64,000 bases of DNA, taken from Candidatus Multivorans sp. Lineage in GTDB: Bacteria; Acidobacteriota; Thermoanaerobaculia; Multivoradales; Multivoraceae. Positions 19,128-28,132 of the stretch are shown here, piece by piece. The stretch lies in assembly GCA_965224025.1 (NCBI GenBank), contig OZ245033.1, positions 4,064,001 through 4,128,000 of the forward strand, given 5' to 3'. Position 1 is the stretch's first letter; each line of letters opens with the position of its first letter. The position numbers and the translations under genes are program-made. The notes below the pieces were generated by a model. It was given only the letters and a program-made list of their open reading frames with translations. It had not been told where the DNA came from and made no database searches.

Positions 19128-21389
19128 ATGGCGGCGATCGGCACCCCAACCAAACTGCTCGAGGGCAAACCCAAGGTCAAGGGCTCGCTGCGCTACTGCG
19201 GCGACCTCGAACGGCCCGGGCTGCTCCATGCCCGTCTGGTCACCAGCCCACACGCGCACGCCGAGGTGCTGAGCATCGATACCGCGGCGGCCGAGGCCCT
19301 GCCCGACGTCGCCGCCGTCATCACGGCAGCAGATCTGCCCGAGCTCCCGGCCAACAGCCGGGCGATGCTCATGCTCGCCCGCAAGCGGGCGATCTTCGTC
19401 GGCCATCCGGTCGCCCTGGTCCTGGCCGAAAGCGAGGCCCGGGGCGCGGATGCAGCAGAAGCGGTCGAGGTCGACTACCGGCCGCTCGACGCCGCGGTCA
19501 CACTGGAACAGGCCGAGATGCCTTCGGCGCCGCCGGTGTGGCCCAACGGCCTGCCCGGCCAGTCCGCGGAGGCGGCGGCGCACGGCGCCGGGGGCGCGGG
19601 CGACGACGGCGGCGAGGGTCCCTCGTCGCCCAACGTGACGAACCGCATGCGCTTCGACCGCGGCGACCTCGCCGCCGGCTTCGCCGCCGCCGACGCCGTG
19701 GTCGAGCGGAGCTTCACCACCGCGGCGGTTCACCAGTCCTACGTCGAACCGCACGTGGCTCTGGTCGATCCGGACCCGATGGGCGCCGGGATGACGATCT
19801 ACAGCTCCACGCAGGCGACGTTCTACATCCGGGACACGGTCGCCTACGTGCTCGGCCTGTCTCACGAGCAGGTGCGCGTCATCGGCACGCCGGTCGGCGG
19901 CGGCTTCGGCGGCAAGTTCCTTCTCTACGAACCGCTCCTGGCCATCGCCGCGACGCAGCTCCAGCGCCCGGTGCGACTGATGATGAGCCGAACCGAGGAG
20001 ATGCTGGCCGCTACACCGGCGCCCTCGACCCGGATCACGATCCGCGCCGGCGCCAGACGGAGCGGCGAGCTGACGGCGCTGGAAGCCGAGTTGGCGATGG
20101 ACTGCGGCTGCTTCCCATCGTCCATGACCGCACTTGCCGGCACCCTGCTCGGCAGTTCCTACCAGACGCCGAATCAGTCCGTCGGCGGCTACGAAGTGGT
20201 CACGAACAAGCCCTCCATCGGCGCCTATCGCGCGCCGCTGGCGCCGCAGGCGGCGTTCGTGGTGGAGACCGTGCTCGATCAACTGGCCCAGGCGCTGGGG
20301 ATCGACCCGCTCGAGATGCGCCTCGTGAACGCCTCGGAGTCCGGCCAGCCGATGGCCTCCGGGATGCCCTGGGCCGGCATGGGCCAGCGCCAGGTGCTGG
20401 CGGCGCTGCAGGCCCACCCCTCGTGGCAGAACCGCGAGCAGGCGCGGGCGGAAGGCCGCGGGGTCGGCATCGCGCTCGGGGCTTGGCCCGGCGGCACGGA
20501 GCCCGCCGCGGCCGCCTGCGCGCTCCAGGGCGACGGTACGCTCAAGGTTCACATCAGTTCGGCCGACATCACCGGCACGAACACGAGTCTGGCCCTGATC
20601 GCGGCCGAGGCCTTCGGCGTCGAACCGGAACGGGTCACGATCGCCACCGGCGATACCTCGAGCGGTCCCTTCGCCGGCTCCTCCGGCGGCAGCAAGATCC
20701 TCTACACCGTCGGACCGCCGGTGATCCAGGCCGCCCGTGAGGCCCGGCAGCAGACCCTGGAACTGGCCGCGGCGACTTTTGAGGCCGCGCCGGAAGACCT
20801 GGAGATCGTGGATGGCGAGGTCCGGGTCAAGGGATCGCCCGACAAGGCCATTCCGCTCAAGAAGATTGCTCAGCGGACCATGCGCTTCGGCAGCCGGCAG
20901 GCACCGGTGTTCGGCCACGGACGCCATGCCCAGACCGGCCAGGCGCCCGGCTTCTGCGCCCAGCTCGCCGAGGTGGCGGTCGACCGGGAAACGGGCCGGG
21001 TGAAGGTCGAGAAAGTGGTCGTCGTCCAGGACTGCGGACGCGCGATCAATCCGCCGGCGGTAGAAGGGCAGATGATGGGCGGCGCCATGCAGGGCATCGG
21101 TTGGGCGCTCTACGAGGAGATGGCCTACAGTGACGATGGCCAACTGCTGACGGCGACCCTGAACGACTACGCCCTGCCTCACTTCGTCCACGGACCGACC
21201 GAGGTCGAGACCGTGCTGGTCGAGGTCCCTTCGGACGCCGGTCCGTTCGGCGCCCGGGGCGTCGGCGAACCGCCGGTCATTCCTACCGCGGCCGCGGTCG
21301 CCAACGCGATCGCCGATGCCTGCGGCGCCCGTCTCACGGAGCTGCCGATGACGCCGCCGCGCGTCCTGGCTGCCATCAACGGAGCCTGA
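19128..21389 (+). CDS. Xanthine dehydrogenase/CoxL-family molybdopterin-binding large subunit
   Basis: VTSPHAHA, VGGGFGGK, AYRAP, AINPPAVEGQMMGG and GARGVGEPP. Confidence 0.9.
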   Translation: MAAIGTPTKLLEGKPKVKGSLRYCGDLERPGLLHARLVTSPHAHAEVLSIDTAAAEALPDVAAVITAADLPELPANSRAMLMLARKRAIFVGHPVALVLAESEARGADAAEAVEVDYRPLDAAVTLEQAEMPSAPPVWPNGLPGQSAEAAAHGAGGAGDDGGEGPSSPNVTNRMRFDRGDLAAGFAAADAVVERSFTTAAVHQSYVEPHVALVDPDPMGAGMTIYSSTQATFYIRDTVAYVLGLSHEQVRVIGTPVGGGFGGKFLLYEPLLAIAATQLQRPVRLMMSRTEEMLAATPAPSTRITIRAGARRSGELTALEAELAMDCGCFPSSMTALAGTLLGSSYQTPNQSVGGYEVVTNKPSIGAYRAPLAPQAAFVVETVLDQLAQALGIDPLEMRLVNASESGQPMASGMPWAGMGQRQVLAALQAHPSWQNREQARAEGRGVGIALGAWPGGTEPAAAACALQGDGTLKVHISSADITGTNTSLALIAAEAFGVEPERVTIATGDTSSGPFAGSSGGSKILYTVGPPVIQAAREARQQTLELAAATFEAAPEDLEIVDGEVRVKGSPDKAIPLKKIAQRTMRFGSRQAPVFGHGRHAQTGQAPGFCAQLAEVAVDRETGRVKVEKVVVVQDCGRAINPPAVEGQMMGGAMQGIGWALYEEMAYSDDGQLLTATLNDYALPHFVHGPTEVETVLVEVPSDAGPFGARGVGEPPVIPTAAAVANAIADACGARLTELPMTPPRVLAAINGA

Positions 21390-21447
21390 GCCCGCCGGCC
21401 CCGGTACCACGCCCGCGGCCGCGGTCGCCGCGGCCACCCTCGGAAAC

Positions 21448-21526
21448 CGCCGATGCCTGCGGCGCCAGACTGACCGAGCTGCCGATGACGCCGCCCAGAG
21501 TGCTGGCTGCCATCAACGGAGCCTGA
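21448..21526 (+). repeat. 79-bp synonymously diverged copy of the last 79 bp of the upstream gene (21311-21389)
   Basis: Encodes the same ADACGARLTELPMTPPRVLAAINGA* with 8 substitutions, all silent. Confidence 0.9.
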
Positions 21527-21563
21527 CCGACAGCATCCGAGCGCCGCTACACTGCGGGCGAAG

Positions 21564-23657
21564 ATGGTTCGCGGCGGCATCGAGACTTGGGCGTTGGCGG
21601 CCGCCGGGCTACTCGCCGCGGCGGCGCTCGGCGCGCCGCTCCTGGGCGTTGACGGGTGGCAGCCGTTGGGCGTGGGCGGCGCCGTGGCGCTGGGTCTGCT
21701 CTACGTCGTTTGCCGCGTTCTGGCGCTGGAACCGCTCCTCGACCGCTCCGCGGCCTCGAAGCGGCCGCCGCTCGTCTTCCTGCTCCTGCCCTTCGCCTTC
21801 TACCTGGCGCTGATTCCGTGGTCGATCGGTACGCGGGCGCCCGACGGCGACGAGCCGTGGTTCCTCCTCGCCACCCACAGCATGGCCTACGACGGGGACC
21901 TCGACCTCGCCAACAACTATGGCGACCAGGATTCGCTCGCCTTCATGCCCAGGGCGATTGAGCCGCAGCCCGGCGACCCCGAAAGAAGCGACGGCGCTAC
22001 CTACTCCCGGCACGGCTTCCTCCTTCAGGCCGTCATGGCGCCGGCGTACCGTCTCGGCGGCCGGGCTGGAGCGATGATCGTCATCGCCGCACTGGCCGCC
22101 GTCAGCGCCTGGCTACTGCTCGGCCTGACCTCGTTCAGCCGGGACACGCGGGCAAGGCTCATCGTCTATCTGACATTCGCCTTCGCGGCGCCGCTGCTCA
22201 TCTACAGCCAACAGATCTGGGCCGAAGTCGGCGCCGTCGTGCTCGCGGTCCTCGCGTACCGGTGGATCGTCCACCTCACAGCGGGCACGCAAGGCCGATC
22301 ACTCGACGCCTTCCGTGCGAACTGGCGCCTCTGGCTACTGCTCGCCGGAATTCTGGCCGTGCTGCCGGCGCTCAAGCTCCGATTCGTTGCGGTCAGCGCG
22401 ATGCTGGCTCTGATCTGCGTGCTCCGTCTCGGACCGGGCCTCCGCAACCGCGGCGCGGTGCTGCTGGCGACCGTACTGGCGCCTGCCGGCGCCCTGGTCC
22501 TGTGGCTGAACCGCAGCGTCTTCGGCACCGTCCTCGGCATGCACTCCTGGAGCGAACTGGCTCTCTACCGCGAGTCGGCAGCGAAACTGGCGCTGGGGTT
22601 GAACGGTCTCTTCTTCGATCTCGCCTACGGCCTCGTCGCCTGCGCGCCGATCTGGCTGCTCCTGTTCCCCGCCGCCGTGGTCGCCTGGCGGCGCGACCGG
22701 CGGCTGTTGTTCGAAGTCGCGCTGATCGCCCTGCCGACGCTGCTGCTGACCGCCGCGCGCCGCGAATGGTACGGCGGCTGGTCGCCGCCGTTTCGGTACG
22801 GCCTCGTCGTGCTGCCCTTCCTCGCCCTGCTGCTGGTGCCGCTGTTCGAACGAGGGGCGCGGGACACCGAAACCGCGCCGGCGACCGACGGAGGAGATGC
22901 CGGACTTTCGCCTGGGATCCGCACACTGGCCCTGGTGCTGGCTCTTCTTTCCGGCGCGCTGGCCGTGCTCTTCGTCGTGGAACCGGGCTGGACCTACAAC
23001 CTGGCCGACGGTCGCCACCACCTGATCCACTACCTGGAGGCCCGTAGTGGTCTCGACTTCGCGCGCTTCCTGCCTTCAGCCACGCGGCCCCGGACTGCGA
23101 CCTGGCCGGTCCCCATCGCGGCCGTCTGCCTCGCTCTCCTTGCGGGGCGCGTCCGGCACAAAGCGGTCGCGGCGGCGCTTGCCGGCATCCCCGTCCTCGC
23201 CCTCGCCGCCCTCCCGATCCTCGCCGGCGCCCTGCCGACGCGGTCCCTGGAGATCGAGAGCGCCGCAATTCAGCGGAGCGGCGGCAACCTGGACCCGGAA
23301 CGCTGGACAATGGACCGTACGCGGTACGCGGAAGCATGGGTGTTCGCGGAGGGCACGCGCGCCGAAGCGCCGGTGATCCCCGGTGGCAACGAGGTGGAGC
23401 TCACCATGACGGTCCGCCCCGTGCGGAACCGTCCCGCGCCGGTGACCCTGATCGCACGCTCCGGCAGCCGCGAGATCGGCCGCCTCATCTTCACCGATGA
23501 GGACGGCAGCGACCCGACCGGTTGGCAGACGCGCAAGCTGCCGGCCGCCCCGTGGCTCTCAGGCGCTCCCCTCGTCCTCGAAGTCCCCTACGGCGCCGGC
23601 GAAGCGCTGCCGCAGAACGGCGTGAAGATCGACCGGGTCGACCTGCGCTGGCACTGA
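21564..23657 (+). CDS. Polytopic membrane protein, probable GT-C-fold glycosyltransferase
   Basis: Many hydrophobic helices, an acidic DGDEPWF loop after the first helices, WYGGWSPPFRY and a soluble C-terminal domain. Confidence 0.6.
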   Translation: MVRGGIETWALAAAGLLAAAALGAPLLGVDGWQPLGVGGAVALGLLYVVCRVLALEPLLDRSAASKRPPLVFLLLPFAFYLALIPWSIGTRAPDGDEPWFLLATHSMAYDGDLDLANNYGDQDSLAFMPRAIEPQPGDPERSDGATYSRHGFLLQAVMAPAYRLGGRAGAMIVIAALAAVSAWLLLGLTSFSRDTRARLIVYLTFAFAAPLLIYSQQIWAEVGAVVLAVLAYRWIVHLTAGTQGRSLDAFRANWRLWLLLAGILAVLPALKLRFVAVSAMLALICVLRLGPGLRNRGAVLLATVLAPAGALVLWLNRSVFGTVLGMHSWSELALYRESAAKLALGLNGLFFDLAYGLVACAPIWLLLFPAAVVAWRRDRRLLFEVALIALPTLLLTAARREWYGGWSPPFRYGLVVLPFLALLLVPLFERGARDTETAPATDGGDAGLSPGIRTLALVLALLSGALAVLFVVEPGWTYNLADGRHHLIHYLEARSGLDFARFLPSATRPRTATWPVPIAAVCLALLAGRVRHKAVAAALAGIPVLALAALPILAGALPTRSLEIESAAIQRSGGNLDPERWTMDRTRYAEAWVFAEGTRAEAPVIPGGNEVELTMTVRPVRNRPAPVTLIARSGSREIGRLIFTDEDGSDPTGWQTRKLPAAPWLSGAPLVLEVPYGAGEALPQNGVKIDRVDLRWH

Positions 23658-23691
23658 GTCAACCCGCACACCGACGCCGGTGCGGGCCGAA

Positions 23692-24807
23692 TCAGGGCCG
23701 AACTTCGTAGTAGAGGTTCGCCGGGTCGTCGAAATCGTGCATCCGGAAGCGCGTGAAGCCGCCTTCACGCACCATGCGCTCCGCCACCACGGGGTTGAAG
23801 CCGAGGGTGCCGAGACCGAGGCCATCGGGTTCGGAAAGGGCGGACGACATGCAGGCCGAGACGGAGAAACCGTAGAGCAGCGCGAGCACCGGGTTGCGGA
23901 GGTTGTCCTCGAACCGGGGGCTGCTGCGGATGTCCTTGATCAGCCACGTGCCATCCTCCCGGATGGCGCGGCGGATCGCGGCGATCACGAGGTCCGGCCG
24001 CGTCATGTCGTGTACACAGTCGAAGGTAACGACCAGGTCGAAGGCCTGCTCGGCCGGCAGATCCTCGCCGCGTGCGATCCGCCACTCCGCGTTGTTCACT
24101 CCTGCTTCCCGGGTCCGCTCACGGGCTATTTCGATCGCATACTCGGAAGGGTCGATCCCTACGAACCGCGAAGCCGGAAAGGCGCGGGCCAGGGAGAGAA
24201 GCGCCACTCCTCCGCCGCAGCCGACGTCGACGACGTCGATGCCTGCACGCAGGCGTTCCTCGACACCGTCAAGCGCCGGGATGATCCGCGGCACCAGCGC
24301 CTGGCGGGTCCACGGGCCGAGCATCCGCTCGGTGCGATGGGCGGCACAGGGTCCGAGCCGCTGATAGGAGAGGCCGACACCGGTTTGGAACGCTTCCGCC
24401 AAACCGTCGATCACGTCGTGGCTGGGCGGATAGCCGAAGGCGCCGCCCGCGAAAGCAACCGATCTCTCCTCATCGGCTAGCACCGCGGCCGCCACGTCGC
24501 CGAACTCGAATCGCGGCTCGCCGCCATTCTCCGCCGCGTGGTAGTCAACCAATCCGGCCGCGGTCTGGCCTCGCAGCCATTCGAGCAGCCAGCGCTCCTT
24601 GAGTCCGCTCGCCTCGGCCAACTCCGCCGCGGTCACGGCCCCTAAGCCCTGGAGCGTCCGGTAGATGCCCAGACGGTCGCCGAGGTGGATCATCAGGGAG
24701 ACCAGCTCGCCCTGCTTGTACTTCCACACCTTCAGGGCGAAGGCGCTGACCTGTTCCGGGTCGAGCCGACCGTAGAGGCTCCGCGTGCCGCTGTCGTCGT
24801 CCGCCAT
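23692..24807 (-). CDS. SAM-dependent methyltransferase with N-terminal winged helix (Rv2258c-like)
   Basis: LGDRLGIY, ERWLLEWL, VDVGCGGG, FDCVHDM and GLGTLG. RBS GGGAGA precedes the ATG. Confidence 0.85.
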   Translation of the reverse strand: MADDDSGTRSLYGRLDPEQVSAFALKVWKYKQGELVSLMIHLGDRLGIYRTLQGLGAVTAAELAEASGLKERWLLEWLRGQTAAGLVDYHAAENGGEPRFEFGDVAAAVLADEERSVAFAGGAFGYPPSHDVIDGLAEAFQTGVGLSYQRLGPCAAHRTERMLGPWTRQALVPRIIPALDGVEERLRAGIDVVDVGCGGGVALLSLARAFPASRFVGIDPSEYAIEIARERTREAGVNNAEWRIARGEDLPAEQAFDLVVTFDCVHDMTRPDLVIAAIRRAIREDGTWLIKDIRSSPRFEDNLRNPVLALLYGFSVSACMSSALSEPDGLGLGTLGFNPVVAERMVREGGFTRFRMHDFDDPANLYYEVRP

Positions 24808-24968
24808 TCTTGTCTTCTCCCTTAACTTGGCCAGCTCATCGGAAGCCCGGCCCGGTATCGCCGGAGGCTCGAAAACGCGTTGCACGGTATCATCCGCGGT
24901 TCGCGTCAACGGCGGCACAATAGCGCCGTTCCGCGACATCTTGGACGACATCAGGAGGGAGTTTGTCG

Positions 24969-26765
24969 ATGCGAGCCAAGCCGTCTCAAGGGACAGGGCA
25001 CACCGGGACTGTGACGATGGGGCCAGGACTTCACCGGTGGCGCTCCGCGATCTCCGCGACGATCGGTCTGGCGGCTTTGGCGATCCCGCTCGCCGCTCAG
25101 GAAGAAGGCGTAGCCGCGGCGCCGCAAACCCACTGGACGGCCACCGCACCCGCCGGCGATGGCGCCGGTCCGGTCGAGCAATCGCTACTCGAGGCGGCGC
25201 CGACCAGGGACTCCTGGCTCCACTACGGCGGCAACTACGGAAGCTGGCGCCATTCGCCGATCACCGAACTGACGCCGGAGAGCGCCTCCAACCTGCGGCT
25301 GGCCTGGATCGCCCAGACTGGCGTTTCGGGCCAGCTCGAGTCCTCGCCCGTCGTCTACGACGGCGTCCTCTACCTGACCTCCTCGATGAACCGCCTGCTC
25401 GCCTATGACGCAAGCAACGGCGACCTGCTCTGGCGCTACGACCACCAGAACCCGTCCAATCTGATCATCTGTTGCGGTCCTGTGAACCGCGGCGTCGGCA
25501 TCGCCGGCGACCTGGTCATCATGGGCACCCTCGATGCCTATCTGCTGGCGTTCAACCGCAAGACCGGCGAACTGGCGTGGGATACGGAAGTCGCGCCCTA
25601 CGCCAGGGGCTTCTCCATCACGTCGGCGCCGTTGATCGCCGAGGGCGTGGCCGTCATCGGCATCGGCGGCGGCGAGTACGGCGTGCGCGGCTTCTTCGAC
25701 GGCTACGACGTGGAAACCGGCGAGCGGCTCTGGCGCCACCACACGGTGCCCGACGACGGCGAGCCCGGGGTCGAGACCTGGGCCGGGGAGTCGTACAAGA
25801 CCGGCGGCGCCGCCACCTGGGCAACCGGCAGCTACGACCCGGCGACAAAGACCCTGTTCTGGACCACCGGCAACCCGTCTCCCGACTGGAGCGGCGACAC
25901 ACGGGCCGGCGACAACCTCTACAGCGACAGCGTGCTGGCGGTCGACATCGAGACCGGAGAGCGCAAGTGGTACTTCCAGTTCACGCCCCACGACGTCTGG
26001 GACTACGACGGCAACTCCGAGGTCTGGCTGGTCGACGTCCAGGTCAACGAACAGACCATTCCCGCCCTCGTTCAGGCGAATCGCAACGGCTACTTCTATG
26101 TCCTGGACCGCCGTGACGGGAGCTTCCTGCACGCCAGCCAGTACGTCCACCAGTTGAACTGGGCGACGCTGGACGAGAACGGACGCCCGGTCGTCAACCC
26201 CGCGATGAAGCCGGCCGAGGAGCCGACCCAGCGGGTCTGCCCCGGCCTCGCCGGCGGCAACAACGCCGCCTACGCCGGCGCCTACAGCCCGGACACCGGT
26301 CTCGCCTATGTGCCGACCATCGAGAGTTGCATGATGTTCCGCAAGGGCGTCGTCGTCTTCATCGAAGGCGCCCCCTTCTTCGGCGGCGAGCCGATTCCGA
26401 CCGACACCGTCGAAGGCAAGTCCTACGGCCACCTCTCGGCCATCGACGTGAGCACGGGCGAAACGCGATGGGCCTACCGGGATCCGACGCCGATGCTCGC
26501 CGGAGTGCTCAGCACCGAGGGCGGCCTCGTGGTCACGGGCAACGCCAGGGGTCACCTGCTCGGCTTCAACGCCGAGACCGGCGAAGAGGTGTGGCGCTAC
26601 CAGACCGGCTCCGGCATCCGCAGCCACCCGATCGCCTACCAGTACGAGGGGCGGACCTATCTCGCCGTTGGATCCGGCGGCGGCGGCATCGTCCAGACAA
26701 CGGTTGGCAGCCCACCGCAGCTTCCCGAGGGCAGCGTTCTGCTGGTCTTCGAACTCGCGCAGTGA
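24969..26765 (+). CDS. PQQ-dependent alcohol dehydrogenase (methanol/ethanol family)
   Basis: Signal peptide, vicinal disulfide ICCGPVNRG, GGEYGVRG, TGNPSPD, WDYDGNSE and NRNGYFY. Confidence 0.9.
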   Translation: MRAKPSQGTGHTGTVTMGPGLHRWRSAISATIGLAALAIPLAAQEEGVAAAPQTHWTATAPAGDGAGPVEQSLLEAAPTRDSWLHYGGNYGSWRHSPITELTPESASNLRLAWIAQTGVSGQLESSPVVYDGVLYLTSSMNRLLAYDASNGDLLWRYDHQNPSNLIICCGPVNRGVGIAGDLVIMGTLDAYLLAFNRKTGELAWDTEVAPYARGFSITSAPLIAEGVAVIGIGGGEYGVRGFFDGYDVETGERLWRHHTVPDDGEPGVETWAGESYKTGGAATWATGSYDPATKTLFWTTGNPSPDWSGDTRAGDNLYSDSVLAVDIETGERKWYFQFTPHDVWDYDGNSEVWLVDVQVNEQTIPALVQANRNGYFYVLDRRDGSFLHASQYVHQLNWATLDENGRPVVNPAMKPAEEPTQRVCPGLAGGNNAAYAGAYSPDTGLAYVPTIESCMMFRKGVVVFIEGAPFFGGEPIPTDTVEGKSYGHLSAIDVSTGETRWAYRDPTPMLAGVLSTEGGLVVTGNARGHLLGFNAETGEEVWRYQTGSGIRSHPIAYQYEGRTYLAVGSGGGGIVQTTVGSPPQLPEGSVLLVFELAQ

Positions 26766-27580
26766 CCCGACTGGCGCCGCTCGCCGGTGCGCTGGTCGTG
26801 CTGCTCTGGGCGGTCGTTCCCGCCCACGCGGACGATCTTCGCGTCTGCCTGCTGGAAGACGACCTGCCGCGGGCCAACCGCGTCGACGCTTCCGGTTTCG
26901 ACCACGACCTGTTCAGAGAAGCGGCTCGGCGACTCCGGCGCAACTTCGTACCCGTATGGCGCCCGAACGCACTGCTCTACTCCGAGATCGACGACAGCGA
27001 TCTGCCGCTTGACGATCTGCTTGCCGGCGACTGCGACCTGGCGCCCTCCGTGCCGGGAGACCTGGCCTTGGGCCCGCTGCGCGCAGCGATCGACCTCAGT
27101 CCGCCCTACTACGCGGCCGCTTTCGAGATCTACATGCCGACGACGGACCGTCTCGAATGGACCGATCTACCGGAGATCGTAGCCGGCCGCAGGGTCGCGG
27201 TTCGCTTGCAGTCGCTCGGGCATTTCGCAGCCCAATGGGCGGGTCTCGACTGGACCTCACTGCCCACCGCGGCAGACGTGGCAGCGGCCGTGGATGACGG
27301 CCGGGCAGTGGCCGCGCTCATCTGGGGGCCGGCACTGGGGCGAGTCCAGAAGGAGCCCGCGCGTGATTTCGAACCACCGCCCGGCCTACGTTTCAACGAG
27401 CACGCCGCCATGCGCTCCGGCGACAGCCTTGCTCCCGCGATCGAGCGGATCCTTGACGAGCTGCGTCGCGACGGCACGCTGAAGCGGCTCGCCGATCGCT
27501 ACGGCATCTTCCGAACCGAACCCTTCCCCACCGTGTCCTCACCGGCCGCGATCCGAGCGCTCGGCGTGGGAGCCCAGTAG
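26762..27580 (+). CDS. MxaJ/XoxJ-like periplasmic solute-binding protein
   Basis: GTGA overlap with the dehydrogenase, signal peptide, LRVC, SGFD, LLAGDCDL, PPYY and ALIWGP. Confidence 0.7.
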   Translation: MTRLAPLAGALVVLLWAVVPAHADDLRVCLLEDDLPRANRVDASGFDHDLFREAARRLRRNFVPVWRPNALLYSEIDDSDLPLDDLLAGDCDLAPSVPGDLALGPLRAAIDLSPPYYAAAFEIYMPTTDRLEWTDLPEIVAGRRVAVRLQSLGHFAAQWAGLDWTSLPTAADVAAAVDDGRAVAALIWGPALGRVQKEPARDFEPPPGLRFNEHAAMRSGDSLAPAIERILDELRRDGTLKRLADRYGIFRTEPFPTVSSPAAIRALGVGAQ

Positions 27581-27607
27581 CAGCCCCAGGGAGCCGATAC
27601 CTCGTCC

Positions 27608-28105
27608 ATGACCACCCGAACACGCCTCGAGTCGCCCAGTTTCGCCAAGCGCGCGACGATCGTCGTGCCACTTCTGCTGGCGGCCTGTGCCACCGGCGGC
27701 GGGCCGTCGCCCGACCAGCCCGAAACTCCGGCCGCCACGGAGGCACAGGCCCCAGCCGCGGCGCAGCCGGTAACCGTCGACGAAGCGTCCGCCGCTGAAC
27801 CCGCCGCAAGCCGCTCGCCGGTCGCCGCCTATCTCGAGGATCCCGAGGCGATCACCGCCGGTCGGCGTATGTTCCGGGCCGTCTGCACCGGCTACTGCCA
27901 CTCCACCACGGCCGGCGTGACCAAGGACGCGCCCAACCTCTTCGACTGCGACTGGACGCACGGAAGCGGCGACGCCGATCTCTTCCGCGTGATCACGAAG
28001 GGTGTTCCCGACACCGAGATGCTCCCGTTCGACGGCAAGATCCCGGAAGAGACGATCTGGCAAGTGATCGCGTACGTGCGCTCGAACAGCATGGACTGCG
28101 GCTAG
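27608..28105 (+). CDS. c-type cytochrome lipoprotein with atypical CX3CH motif
   Basis: Lipobox LAAC, AITAGRRMF, CTGYCH, APNL..WTHG and GVPDTEM (axial Met). Confidence 0.75.
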   Translation: MTTRTRLESPSFAKRATIVVPLLLAACATGGGPSPDQPETPAATEAQAPAAAQPVTVDEASAAEPAASRSPVAAYLEDPEAITAGRRMFRAVCTGYCHSTTAGVTKDAPNLFDCDWTHGSGDADLFRVITKGVPDTEMLPFDGKIPEETIWQVIAYVRSNSMDCG

Positions 28106-28132
28106 GCGGGCATCTCCCGAGAACGAAGGCCG

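Noticed and set aside
19128-21389. Aerobic CO dehydrogenase CoxL
   Set aside because: The active-site loop is AYRAP, and there are no coxM or coxS neighbours.
21311-21526. Diversity-generating retroelement VR/TR pair
   Set aside because: Only half of the differences involve A, all are synonymous, and there is no reverse transcriptase in the window.
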